Notes under the pieces: generated by a model
Told to the model about the DNA's origin: nothing
Database searches by the model: none
The model's input: only the letters and a program-made list of their open reading frames with translations
Made by a program: the position numbers and the translations under genes
Assembly (NCBI RefSeq): GCF_032444005.1
Contig: NC_091290.1
Location: forward strand, 151,032,001-151,096,000
DNA from: Ranitomeya imitator
Lineage: Eukaryota
Direction: 5' to 3'
DNA: 64,000 bases
Part shown: piece after piece, positions 38,130 to 49,535 of the stretch
Numbering within the stretch: the first letter of the stretch is position 1
Layout: every line of letters begins with the position of its first letter

Positions 38130-38760
38130 TCTCTGATATCCCTGCCCCCCATCTGCCCCCCGCCGGCTGCGCAGGAACCTGAACGGACGGACAGAACAGC
38201 GTGGCGGTGTCTTCCCCGCAAGTGTTAAGCGTCTCTTTCAGCAAATCTCAGAGGCTTTTCTTTGCTTTGACTCGAACTTGTACGCGCGCGGATTTAATCT
38301 CTTTGACGTTAGTGCTCAGACGAGGAGGGAGCGCGTGCGTTAGCGAGCGGGGCTGGGGGTGGGGAGAGCTGTTAGCGCAGCACGTCTCCTCTCTCCCCAT
38401 TGTACGCCGCACCCTGGAGGTAAACGCTTTCTCAGAGCTTCTCTTCCTAACGAGCGGCTCGTGAACCTGCCTGCGCAGCGTCTAATTGGCGAGGAGTGAA
38501 AGACATAAAACCCTGCGCTGCCCCCCCAGTGCGCGGAGGGGGGATACGAGGCGTCTGGAACAATGCGGGGAGCGGGGGGCGGCGCGCTGCCATTTCCACC
38601 GTAAACACTTTGCAGCGGTTTGTTATATCGCAGCCGCTGTGTCATTATATTCTCATTGTTTCTTCCGACCCGCGGGAAAGGGAATGACATGAAAGAGAAC
38701 ACAATCCGCTCCGCGGCATTAACCCCTGCGAGCCCAGCAGATTAATCTGTGGAGGGGGTT
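38130..38760. promoter_or_regulatory. CpG-rich unique island, candidate promoter or enhancer
   Basis: High CG density by eye, forkhead-type GTAAACA at 38601, TAAT sites; no recognisable ORF. Confidence 0.3.
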
Positions 38761-38814
38761 TAGCGTGAACTAACCCCTCACTTTCTGTTCCGTGGACTAT
38801 AAGAAAATGGCTTC

Positions 38815-39085
38815 CCAGAGCTATGTATCCAATCCTATCCTGTGTGATACTGTCTGCTGAGCTGTGTATCTAATCCTATCCTGTGTGATACTGACTGCTC
38901 AGCGGTGTATCTAATCCTATCCTGTGTGATACTGATTTCTGAGCCATGTATCTAATCCTATCCTGTGTGATACTGACTGCTCAGCGGTGTATCTAATCCT
39001 ATCTTGTGGGATACTGTCTGCTGAGCTGTGTATCTAATCCTATCCTGTGTGATACTGTCTGCTGAGCTGTGTATCTAATCCTGCG
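38815..39085. repeat. 41-bp minisatellite, ~6.5 copies
   Basis: Unit GCTGTGTATCTAATCCTATCCTGTGTGATACTGTCTGCTGA; period 41 (38821 to 38862). Confidence 0.93.
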
Positions 39086-39584
39086 TCTGAGCCCTTTTTC
39101 TCTGGCTGTGGATGGGGATACATCATCCTCCTGTCGATAAAGCTGTAGCAGGTTAATGGCGGAGCGCTGGGCGATGTCGCGGGAAGTTCATGGCTCTGCG
39201 TCTCCGCTGTGACTCGTCCATTAAATTCATCTGGGTTCATTTCCAGAGATTCAAGAAAACCATCTGGTCGGCTCCTGGCGCTTAACTGGATTACAGCAGC
39301 TGCTGTCACATGGAGGAGACGACGACCGGCGCGCTGCAGCACAATGTCTGCTGTGTGATATGTCATCTGTATTTACATGGCGCCAACACATCCTGCAGCG
39401 CAGTACACCGATAACAGCTAAGCCTGGTACTCAGGAGATTGGTGTTGTTTACCTAGGTAGAATGGTGTGGACAGTAACCTATTTACTATCTGCATCTCCC
39501 AAAGGTAAAGCCCCCTTCATCCCAAACTCCAATAATCTGCTGTCCAACCGCACGTGAAACTGGACAGAACAAATATACATAAAA

Positions 39585-42500
39585 GGGTACATCCTGTACA
39601 ATACTCCAGAGCTGCATTCACTATTCTGCTGGTGCAGTCACTGTGTACATACATTACTGATCCTGAGTTACATCCTGTACAATACTCCAGAGCTGCATTC
39701 ACTATTCTGCTGGTGCAGTCACTGTGTACATACATTACATTACTGATCCTGAGTTACATCCTGTACAATACTCCAGAGCTGCATTCACTATTCTGCTGGT
39801 GCAGTCACTGTGTACATACATTACTGATCCTGAGTTACATCCTGTACAATACTCCAGAGCTGCATTCACTATTCTGCTGGTGCAGTCACTGTGTACATAC
39901 ATTGCATTACTGATCCTGAGTTACATCCTGCATTATACTCCAGAGCTGCACTAACTATTCTGCTGGTGCAGTCACTGTACATACATTACATTACTGATCC
40001 TGAGTTACCTCCTGTATTATACTCCAGAGCTGCACTCACTATTCTGCTGGTGCAGTCACTGAGTACATATATTACTGATCCTGAGTTACATCCTGTATTA
40101 TACCCCAGAGCTGCACTCACTATTCTGCTGGTGCAGTCACTGAGTACATATATTACTGATCCTGAGTTACATCCTGTATTATACCCCAGAGCTGCACTCA
40201 CTATTCTGCTGGTGCAGTCACTGTGTACATACATTACATTACTGATCCTGAGTTACCCCCTGTATTATACCCCAGAGCTGCACTCACTATTCTGCTGGTG
40301 CAGTCACTGAGTACATATATTACTGATCCTGAGTTACCTCCTGTATTATACCCCAGAGCTGCACTCACTATTCTGCTGGTGCAGCACTGTGTACATACAT
40401 TACATTACTGATCCTGAGTTCCCTCCTGTATTATACTCCAGAGCTGCACTCACTATTCTGCTGGTGCAGTCACTGTGTACATACATTACATTACTGATCC
40501 TGAGTTACATCCTGTATTATACCCCAGAGCTGCACTCACTATTCTGCTGGTGCAGTCACTGTGTACATACATTACTGATCCTGAGTTACCCCCTGTATTA
40601 TACCCCAGAGCTGCACTCACTATTCTGCTGGTGCAGTCACTGAGTACATATATTACTGATCCTGAGTTACCTCCTGTATTATACCCCAGAGCTGCACTCA
40701 CTATTCTGCTGGTGCAGCACTGTGTACATACATTACATTACTGATCCTAAGTTCCCTCCTGTATTATACTCCAGAGCTGCACTCACTATTCTGCTGGTGC
40801 AGTCACTGTGTACATACATTACATTACTGATCCTGAGTTACATCCTGTATTATACTCCAGTGCTGCACTCACTATTCTGCTGGTGCAGTCACTGTGTACA
40901 TATATTACATTACTGATCCTGAGTTACATCCTGTATTATACCCCAGAGCTGCACTCACTATTCTGCTGGTGCAGTCACTGTGTACATACATTACATTACT
41001 GATCCTGAGTTACATCCTGTATTATACTCCAGAGCTGCACTCACTATTCTGCTGGTGCAATCACTGTGTACATACATTACATTACTGATCCTGAGTTACC
41101 TCCTGTATTATACCCCAGAGCTGCACTCACTATTCTGCTGGTGCAGTCACTGTGTACATACATTACATTACTGATCCTGAGTTACCTCCTGTATTATACT
41201 CCAGAGCTGCACTCACTATTCTGCTGGTGCAGTCACTGTGTACATACATTACATTACTGATCCTGAGTTACATCCTGTATTATACCCCAGAGCTGCACTC
41301 ACTATTCTGCTGGTGCAGTCACTGTGTACATACATTACATTACTGATCCTGAGTTACCTCCTGTATTATACTCCAGAGCTGCACTCACTATTCTGCTGGT
41401 GCAGTCACTGTGTACATACATTACATTACTGATCCTGAGTTACATCCTGTATTATACCCCAGAGCTGCACTCACTATTCTGCTGGTGTAGTCACTGTGTA
41501 CATACATTACTGATCCTGAGTTACCTCCTCTATTATACCCCAGAGCTGCACTCACTATTCTGCTGGTGCAGTCACTGTGTACATACATTACATTACTGAT
41601 CCTGAGTTACCTCCTGTATTATACTCCAGAGCTGCACTCACTATTCTGCTGGTGCAGTCACTGTGTACATACATTACATTACTGATCCTGAGTTACATCC
41701 TGTATTATACCCCAGAGCTGCACTCACTATTTTGCTGGTGCACTCACTGTGTACATACATTACATTACTGATCCTGAGTTACATCCTGTATTATACCCCA
41801 GAGCTGCACTCACTATTCTGCTGGTGCAGTCACTGTGTACACACATTACATTACTGATCCTGAGTTACATCCTGTATTATACCCCAGAGCTGCACTCACT
41901 ATTCTGCTGGTGCAGTCACTGTGTACATACATTACATTACTGATCCTGAGTTCCCTCCTGTATTATACTCCAGAGCTGCACTCACTATTCTGCTGGTGCA
42001 GTCACTGTGTACATACATTACATTACTGATCCTGAGTTACATCCTGTATTATACCCCAGAGCTGCACTCACTATTTTGCTGGTGCAGTCACTGTGTACAT
42101 ACATTACATTACTGATCCTGAGTTACATCCTGTATTATACCCCAGAGCTGCACTCACTATTCTGCTGGTGCAGTCACTGTGTACATACATTACATTACTG
42201 ATCCTGAGTTACCTCCTGTATTATACCCCAGAGCTGCACTCACTATTTTGCTGGTGTAGTCACTGTGTACATACATTACATTACTGATCCTGAGTTACAT
42301 CCTGTATTATACCCCAGAGCTGCACTCACTATTCTGCTGGTGCAGTCACTGTGTACATACATTACATTACTGATCCTGAGTTACCTCCTGTATTATACCC
42401 CAGAGCTGCACTCACTATTCTGCTGGTGCAGTCACTGTGTACATACATTACATTACTGATCCTGAGTTACATCCTGTATTATACTCCAGAGCTGCACTCT

Positions 42501-44065
42501 CTATTCTGCTGGTGCAGTCACTGTGTACATACATTACATTACTGATCCTGAGTTACATCCTGTATTATACCCCAGAGCTGCACTCTCTATTCTGCTGGTG
42601 CAGTCACTGTGTACATACATTACATTACTGATCCTGAGTTACATCCTGTATTATACTCCAGAGCTGCACTTGATGTTCTGCTGGTGTAGTCACTGTGTAC
42701 ATAAATTACATTACTGATCCTGAGTTACATCCTGTATTATACCCCAGAGCTGCACTCACTATTCTGCTGGTGCAGTCACTGTGTACATACATTACATTAC
42801 TGATCCTGAGTTACCTCCTGTATTATACCCCAGAGCTGCACTCACTATTCTGCTGGTGCAGTCACTGTGTACATACATTACATTACTGATCCTGAGTTAC
42901 ATCCTGTATTATACTCCAGAGCTGCACTCTCTATTCTGCTGGTGCAGTCACTGTGTACATACATTACATTACTGATCCTGAGTTACCTCCTGTATTATAC
43001 CCCAGAGCTGCACTCACTATTCTGCTGGTGCAGTCACTGTGTACATACATTACATTACTGATCCTGAGTTACCTCCTGTATTATACCCCAGAGCTGCACT
43101 CACTATTCTGCTGGTGCAGTCACTGTGTACATACATTACATTACTGATCCTGAGTTATATCCTGTATTATACTCCAGTGCTGCACTCACTATTCTGCTGG
43201 TGCAGTCACTGTGTACATACATTACATTACTGATCCTGAGTTACATCCTGTATTATACTCCAGAGCTGCACTCGATGTTCTGCTGGTGCAGTCACTGTGT
43301 ACATACATCACATTACTGATCCTGAGTTACATCTTGTATTATACTCCAGAGCTGCACTCACTATTCTGCTGGTGCAGTCACTGTGTACATACATTACATT
43401 ACTGATCCTGAGTTACATCTTGTATTATACTCCAGAGCTGCACTCACTATTCTGCTGGTGCAGTCACTGTGTACATACATTACATTACTGATCCTGAGTT
43501 ACATCCTGTATTATACCCCAGAGCTGCACTCACTATTCTGCTGGTGCAGTCACTGTGTACATACATTACATTACTGATCCTGAGTTACATCCTGTATTAC
43601 ACCCCAGAGCTGCACTCACTATTTTGCTGCTGCAGTCACTGTGTACATACATTACATTACTGATCCTGAGTTACATCCTGTATTATACCCCAGAGCTGCA
43701 CTCACTATTCTGCTGGTGCAGTCACTGTGTACATACATTACATTACTGATCCTGAGTTACATCCTGTATTATACTCCAGAGCTGCACTCACTATTCTGCT
43801 GGTGCAGTCACTGTGTACATACATTACATTACTGATCCTGAGTTACATCCTGTATTACACCCCAGAGCTGCACTCACTATTTTGCTGCTGCAGTCACTGT
43901 GTACATACATTACATTACTGATCCTGAGTTACATCCTGTATTATACCCCAGAGCTGCACTCACTATTCTGCTGGTGCAGTCACTGTGTACATACATTACA
44001 TTACTGATCCTGAGTTACATCCTGTATTATACTCCAGAGCTGCACTCGATGTTCTGCTGGTGTAG
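39585..44065 (+). repeat. 86/81-bp satellite array 2, ~52 copies
   Basis: Same monomer as 35340-36600; ORF track period 86; the first units carry TACAAT/GCATTCAC variants. Confidence 0.98.
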
Positions 44066-44799
44066 TGCGGTGTAGCAGAGCAGTGTCGGTGTGCAGTATT
44101 TTGCTGAATTCCTCTCTGTTATTATTGGATTAGCGCAGTGTATAATCGGGCGCGGCTGTAGCAATAACGCTGTCTTCTCTGTGTGTTTTGCCTCCTTCCC
44201 GCAGGCGTCATTATGGCGGCATGCTGTCTGCACAGGGTGCCTCGCTCATACATGTGTTTGGCGCAGTGTGTCTGCGGATGTTGTTTGGTTTTCATCTGTG
44301 CTGTTTGGGATGGCGTCAGTGGGAACTCTGCTGATGTAAAGGGTCGGGGGGACGCTTCTGTGTGACCTGAGTCAGGATCCACTGCGACCCCACAAGTGTT
44401 AATGTGCTCCCTGGCACCCCTCTGCTGCCTGCCTGCTTTCTGGAAGCCCGACCTGTCCTGCTGCCAAGTGACATCCAGTCTGTGCTGGGAGCGCTGCCAG
44501 GAGCAGACAATACGGCCTTAACACCAGCCGCCGACTGCCCCTCCAGCTCCTAATCTCTTGGTTTCCTCCATTAAGTAAATAAATTATCTGCCCCTTCCAA
44601 ACCACAACCCTCATCCTCCTCCGACCCCTGCTCCTTTTTTCTCTTTTTGCTGGAAGTTGTTTTTTCTCTTAGCGATTATTGTAAGCGGAGAATGTGTAAA
44701 TCCTTGGAAAGCGGCGCTTAAATCCGCGGCGTCCGGGATCAGTGTCCCGGGGCTTGTCGTGTGATAGAGGGGCGGCTCTGTCCCCCATAGTGACCCTAA

Positions 44800-45161
44800 G
44801 GCTATATTCACACTTTGCGGATTTTGCTGCGGATCCGCAGCGGATTTGACCGCTGCGGATCCGCAGCAGTTTCCCATGAGTTTACATTTCAATGTAAACC
44901 TATGGGAAACAAAAAACGCTGTGCACATGCTGCAGAAAAATCCGCGCGGAAACGCTGCGGATTACATTCCGCAGCATGTCACTTCTTTTCTGCGGATTTT
45001 CAGCTGCTCCAATAGAAAACTGCAGTTGAAAATCCGCAGAAGAAAACGCAGTAAAAACCGCGATAAATCCGCAGTAAAAACCGCGATGGGTTTTCACTGC
45101 GGATTTTGCAATTCCGCTGCGGAAAAATCCGCAGTGGAATCTGCAAAGTGTGCACATAGCC
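44800..45161. mobile_element. Harbinger-type palindromic MITE
   Basis: TIR GGCTATATTCACACTTTGCGGATT versus reverse-complemented right end GGCTATGTGCACACTTTGCAGATT; TAA on both sides (44797-99, 45162-64). Confidence 0.88.
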
Positions 45162-46229
45162 TAATAGTGTATGATAGGGGTTAAATGGATGCAACATGGC
45201 GGCCTGAGCCTCCTCCACCCTCCGGGAAGGGACTTCTCCAACTGCCCGTAATGATGATCCGCTCTCCTTGCTGACTGTCTCCGGGAGCTGGCGCCTTATA
45301 ACCGTATAATGGCCGACCCCCCGCGTAAGATCCTGACATCTGCCCCAGTGTGAACCCAACGAGAGCCGCCACCGGGATAATGTCAGGGATGAGGATAATG
45401 GCGGCATTATCTGGATAAGCAGAGATTAGCCGGTGGATCAGAGGCCGAGGACGGGAGCGGAGCCTGGGAGGTGATGAGGAGGGGTCCAAAGTGAACCCCC
45501 CAAAAATACAAAGGGTTCCCCCATGATGGCCGCCATCCTGGCTTTCACATGCCAGGCTCCATCAGTAGTCTTGTCGCCTGTGGTTTTCAGAGGGGCCGTC
45601 ACCCAGCCCAATGGGATTAAGCGACGCAGAATGGGGGGTATTATATTATTACCCCTAACTTAGAGCATGGGATGATGGGAGTTGTAGTGCTCCAACATCA
45701 CTTTGTAGCCACAGCGGAGAATCTCAAACTCTTGACACCCTCCTGCCCTAAAGTGATGTCTCCGTGTGACCCGGCGTTCTGAAACGTCATATTTCTCGCC
45801 CTTTGGAACACCTCTGCTTGCTTTAAACAAATGAAACTTGGGTCCGTTCACTGCTCGCTGCTGAGGGTTCGTTACAGGTGTATCCAGTGCACAGCTCATT
45901 TCGGACAGCAGACTGATGCAATGTAACCATCTCTCCATCTTTGTTATTGACCGTCTTCTCTTCCCCGGTCCTTATATCTCCGCCGTGACCTCTTTCATGG
46001 CGCCTTACCGCTGCCCTCTCCTCAGAAACACCCGCTTTTTCTTGCCGTTTCCCTGGCGACGGTCTTCAGAGATAACAATTTGATACAATTTGCTGCAGCT
46101 CTTAACGATGAAGCCACCGCCGGCGACCCCGCGACCTTGGCGCTCTCCAGAGGTGGCTGCAAGCGGCGTCTTCACTCTTAATTTGAAGAGCCCATGGGCG
46201 CCGGGTAACGAGTTAGCGCCACGATCATT

Positions 46230-46620
46230 TATCCCGGCTCTAATCTGTTGTGATTCTTCCAGGACGAGTTCCGGGCACGAAGCATCCCTTCCACGGGGGC
46301 AGAGACGCGCTCTTATCGAGAGGGACAGATCCTGCCTAATTGCGCTGATTCTCCCTGTATATAAACAGATGGCTTCTTTAAATCAATTATTCCTCATTTG
46401 TGTAAGTGGGAATGATTTCTTGACAGATCGAGTACCAGGGGAGCGGGGGAAAGGCGCAGCAAGGGGGGCATGCGATAACAGGCCCCAAACTGGCCTTGCC
46501 TGTCCTCCGGAAAGCATGGGGTTGATTGCTAAATCTTCTGTCACCTCCAATTATTGCATTACGAATTTGATGGAAATAAGGTGTAAAATAGATGGTTCAC
46601 GTCAAGATCTCTGCTTGCTG
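46230..46620. promoter_or_regulatory. Candidate conserved-noncoding-like enhancer
   Basis: CTAATT, AATCAATTA, CAGATG (46366), TGACAG (46421), TTGATTG, CTGTCA (46538), CAATTATTG in unique sequence; motif-based only. Confidence 0.33.
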
Positions 46621-46831
46621 AGTTTGAATAACAATTGTATCCAGTCCGTACAATCCTCTCTGAGCTAAAAAGCCCGAAATCCAGACTGATACATTGTAAC
46701 AAACTATGACCTGTACAGCGCCTGCTGCCCCAGTGAGGTGGGTTCGGAACCAGAGGTAGGCTGCCCTGACGCTGCTCACCACCCTGTATCCAGGGGTAAT
46801 GCCTGATGTCATACATATAATATACAGGAGA

Positions 46832-46870
46832 CCCCCAGGAAGAAGCTTAAATGAGAAACGCGCGTCGGGG
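46832..46870 (+). other. Degenerate type I hammerhead-ribozyme-like motif, Penelope-element style
   Basis: CCCCC-AGGA-AGAAGCTTAAATGA-GAAACGCGCGTC-GGGG; GAAAC/GTC and a CCCC/GGGG helix I are present, the CUGANGA box is broken. Confidence 0.4.
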
Positions 46871-46958
46871 CCCGGACTTCATCTGCAGGTTATGACTCCA
46901 CTCTTTTTACTTGTTTAACTGTGTTGAATCTCCACATTCGGTCCAGTGTGTACATATT

Positions 46959-48055
46959 CTATATCGGCACTATGCACTGTAGCACTTTAACGTTTGGTCT
47001 GTATATTATGTCCAATGCTTGAGACTCTATATCGGAACTATGCACTGTAGCACTTTAACGTTTGGTCTGTATATTATGTCCAATGCTTGAGACTCCATAT
47101 CGGCACTATGCACTTAAGCACTTTAACATTTGGTTTGTATATTATGTCCAATGCTTGAGACTCTATATCGGAACTATGCACTTTAGCACTCTATATTATG
47201 TCCAATGCTTGAGACTCTATATCGGCACTATGCACTTTAGCACTTTAACGTTTGGTCTGTATATTATGTCCAATTCTTGAGACTCTATATCGGAACTATG
47301 CACTTTAGCACTTTAACGTTTGATCTGTATATTATGTCCAATGCTTGAGACTCTATATCGGAACTATGCAATTTAGCACCTTAACGTTTGATCTGTATAT
47401 TATGTCCAATGCTTGATACTCTATATCGGAACTATGCACTTTAGCACTTTAACGTTTGGTCTGTATATTATGTCCAATGCTTGATACTCTATATCGGAAC
47501 TATGCACTTTAGCACCTTAATGTTTGGTCTGTATATTATGCCCAATGCGTGAGACTCTATATCGGAACTATGCACTTTAGCACTTTAACGTTTGGTCTGT
47601 ATATTATGCCCAATGCTTGAGACTCTATGTCGCCACTATGCACTTTAGCACTTTAACGTTTGATCTGTATATTATGCCCAATGCGTGAGACTTTATTTCG
47701 ACACTATGCACTTTAGCACCTTAACATTTGATCTGTATATTATGTCCAATGCTTGATACTCTATATCGGAACTATGCACTTTAGCACTTTAACGTTTGAT
47801 CTGTATATTATGTCCAATGCTTGAGACTCTATATCGGAACTATGCACTTTAGCACTTTAACGTTTGATCTGTATATTATGTCCAATGCTTGATACTCTAT
47901 ATCGGAACTATGCACTTTAGCATTTTAATATTTGATCTGTATATTATGTCCAATGCTTGAGACTCTATATCGGCACTATGCACTTTAGCACTTTAACGTT
48001 TGATCTGTATATTATGTCCAATGCTTGAGACTCTATATCGGCACTATGCACTTTG
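46959..48055. repeat. 68-bp AT-rich minisatellite, ~16 copies
   Basis: Unit CTATATCGGAACTATGCACTTTAGCACTTTAACGTTTGATCTGTATATTATGTCCAATGCTTGAGACT; period 68 (47761 to 47829). Confidence 0.95.
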
Positions 48056-48710
48056 TCGCTGTATAAGCACTTTTGTGCTCTAGGTTTTTTTTGACCAGAT
48101 GAATTAATTTTTTGATATGAATTTAACGTATTAGCGTTTGGCTATTTTTACTTTTTGTGCATCAGTTACATATGGGCTAATAGATACCAAAATGTGGGGG
48201 AATATTTGTGAAATTGGAATGATTGGTTTAATTGTTGATTTGTTACATATATTGCTGTTCTAAACCCATAGGCATTGCAATATACATGAAACAATTTTTT
48301 GGTATGAGAAAACAGTATATCTGTGAGTGGTAACATGTCCTGCAGGTGTGGTGTCTGCTTTTATTTTCCCCATTTTTATTTGTTTTTAAATAATGAATTT
48401 TTCTAAATTAAAGTTGAACATTTTATCTTAAATATTTGTGGCAAGAACTTCTGTTTACATGTAGGTTTACTGATGTCACACAAAGCAGAGCCCTGGTACA
48501 CAGCCAGGAGATCTCTAGGGAGCAAGGGTCACAAGCTGCTGCCCCCCGAATATTAACTTATTACACTCATAGGGACATCATTAAACCTTTTTCATCTGAA
48601 TCTGCTCTCACTCTACTAGCTGTGCTGCTACAGAGTGAGGAAGAGTATTACCAACTACCACCACTAGGGGCAGCTCTGTACAGGGGCAGGGAGCAGTATT
48701 ATAATAGTTA

Positions 48711-49535
48711 CTAGATGGTGGCCCGATTCTAACGCATCGGGTATTCTAGAATATGTATGTATGTAACTAGCAGCCACATAGTATATAGCACAGGCCACAT
48801 AGTATATAGGCGTACTACGTGGCCTGTGGTATATACCATGTGGCTGCTATATACATACATAAATATTGTAGAATACCCGATGAGTTAATATAGGACACGC
48901 AGTAAATAAAACAGCCCACACAGTATATAGCAGCCACGCAGTATATAACACAGCCCACGTAGTATGTAACACTGGCCACGTAATATATAGCACAGCCCAC
49001 ATAGTATCTAACAGTGGCCACATAGTATATAGCAGCCATGCAGTATAGGACACAGCCCACATAGTATATAACACTGCCCACGTAGTATATAGCAGCCAAG
49101 TAGTATATAACACAGCCCACGCAGTATAGACCACAGCCCACATAGTATCTAACACTGGCCATATAGTATATAGCAGCCACGCCGTATCTAACACAGCCCA
49201 CGTAGTATTTAGCAGTGTGGGCACCATATCCCTGTTTAATTAAAATAAAAAATAGTTATATACTCACCTGCCAGGATCCAACGTAGATCCAGCGAACCTC
49301 TGGCGATGTGCACGCGGCTACCGCCATCTTTCGTTCCCAGGATGCATTGCGAAATTACCCAGATCACAGGTCTTCTGGGTAATTTCGCAATGCATCTCTG
49401 GGAACGGAAGCTGGCGGCAGGCACGAGCGCATCGTCGGACTACGGAAGGTGAGAATAGCAGGTTTTTTTTTTTTTTTTTTTTTTATTATTTTTAACATTA
49501 AATCTTTTTACTATTGATGCTGCATACGCAGCATA
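48711..49535 (-). mobile_element. Non-autonomous Helitron, 3' portion
   Basis: Minus strand ends hairpin CCCGATGCGTTAGAATCGGG (48722-48741) + CCACCAT + CTAG, followed by T; internal short tandem repeats (48770-49215) and a long inverted repeat (49321-49417); no 5' TC end seen. Confidence 0.7.

Noticed and set aside
35668-44007. Dozens of 64-aa MYIHYITDPEL ORFs as a tandem gene family
   Set aside because: They are 86-bp satellite monomers read across 2.3 units; successive ORFs overlap in different frames.
44170-44365. Strong plus-strand acceptor followed by ATGGCGGC and a short Cys-rich ORF
   Set aside because: No good donor, and the peptide simply reflects TG-rich composition.
46009-46065. 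55-nt minus-strand exon ending G|GTAAGG
   Set aside because: Poor polypyrimidine tract and unrecognised translations.
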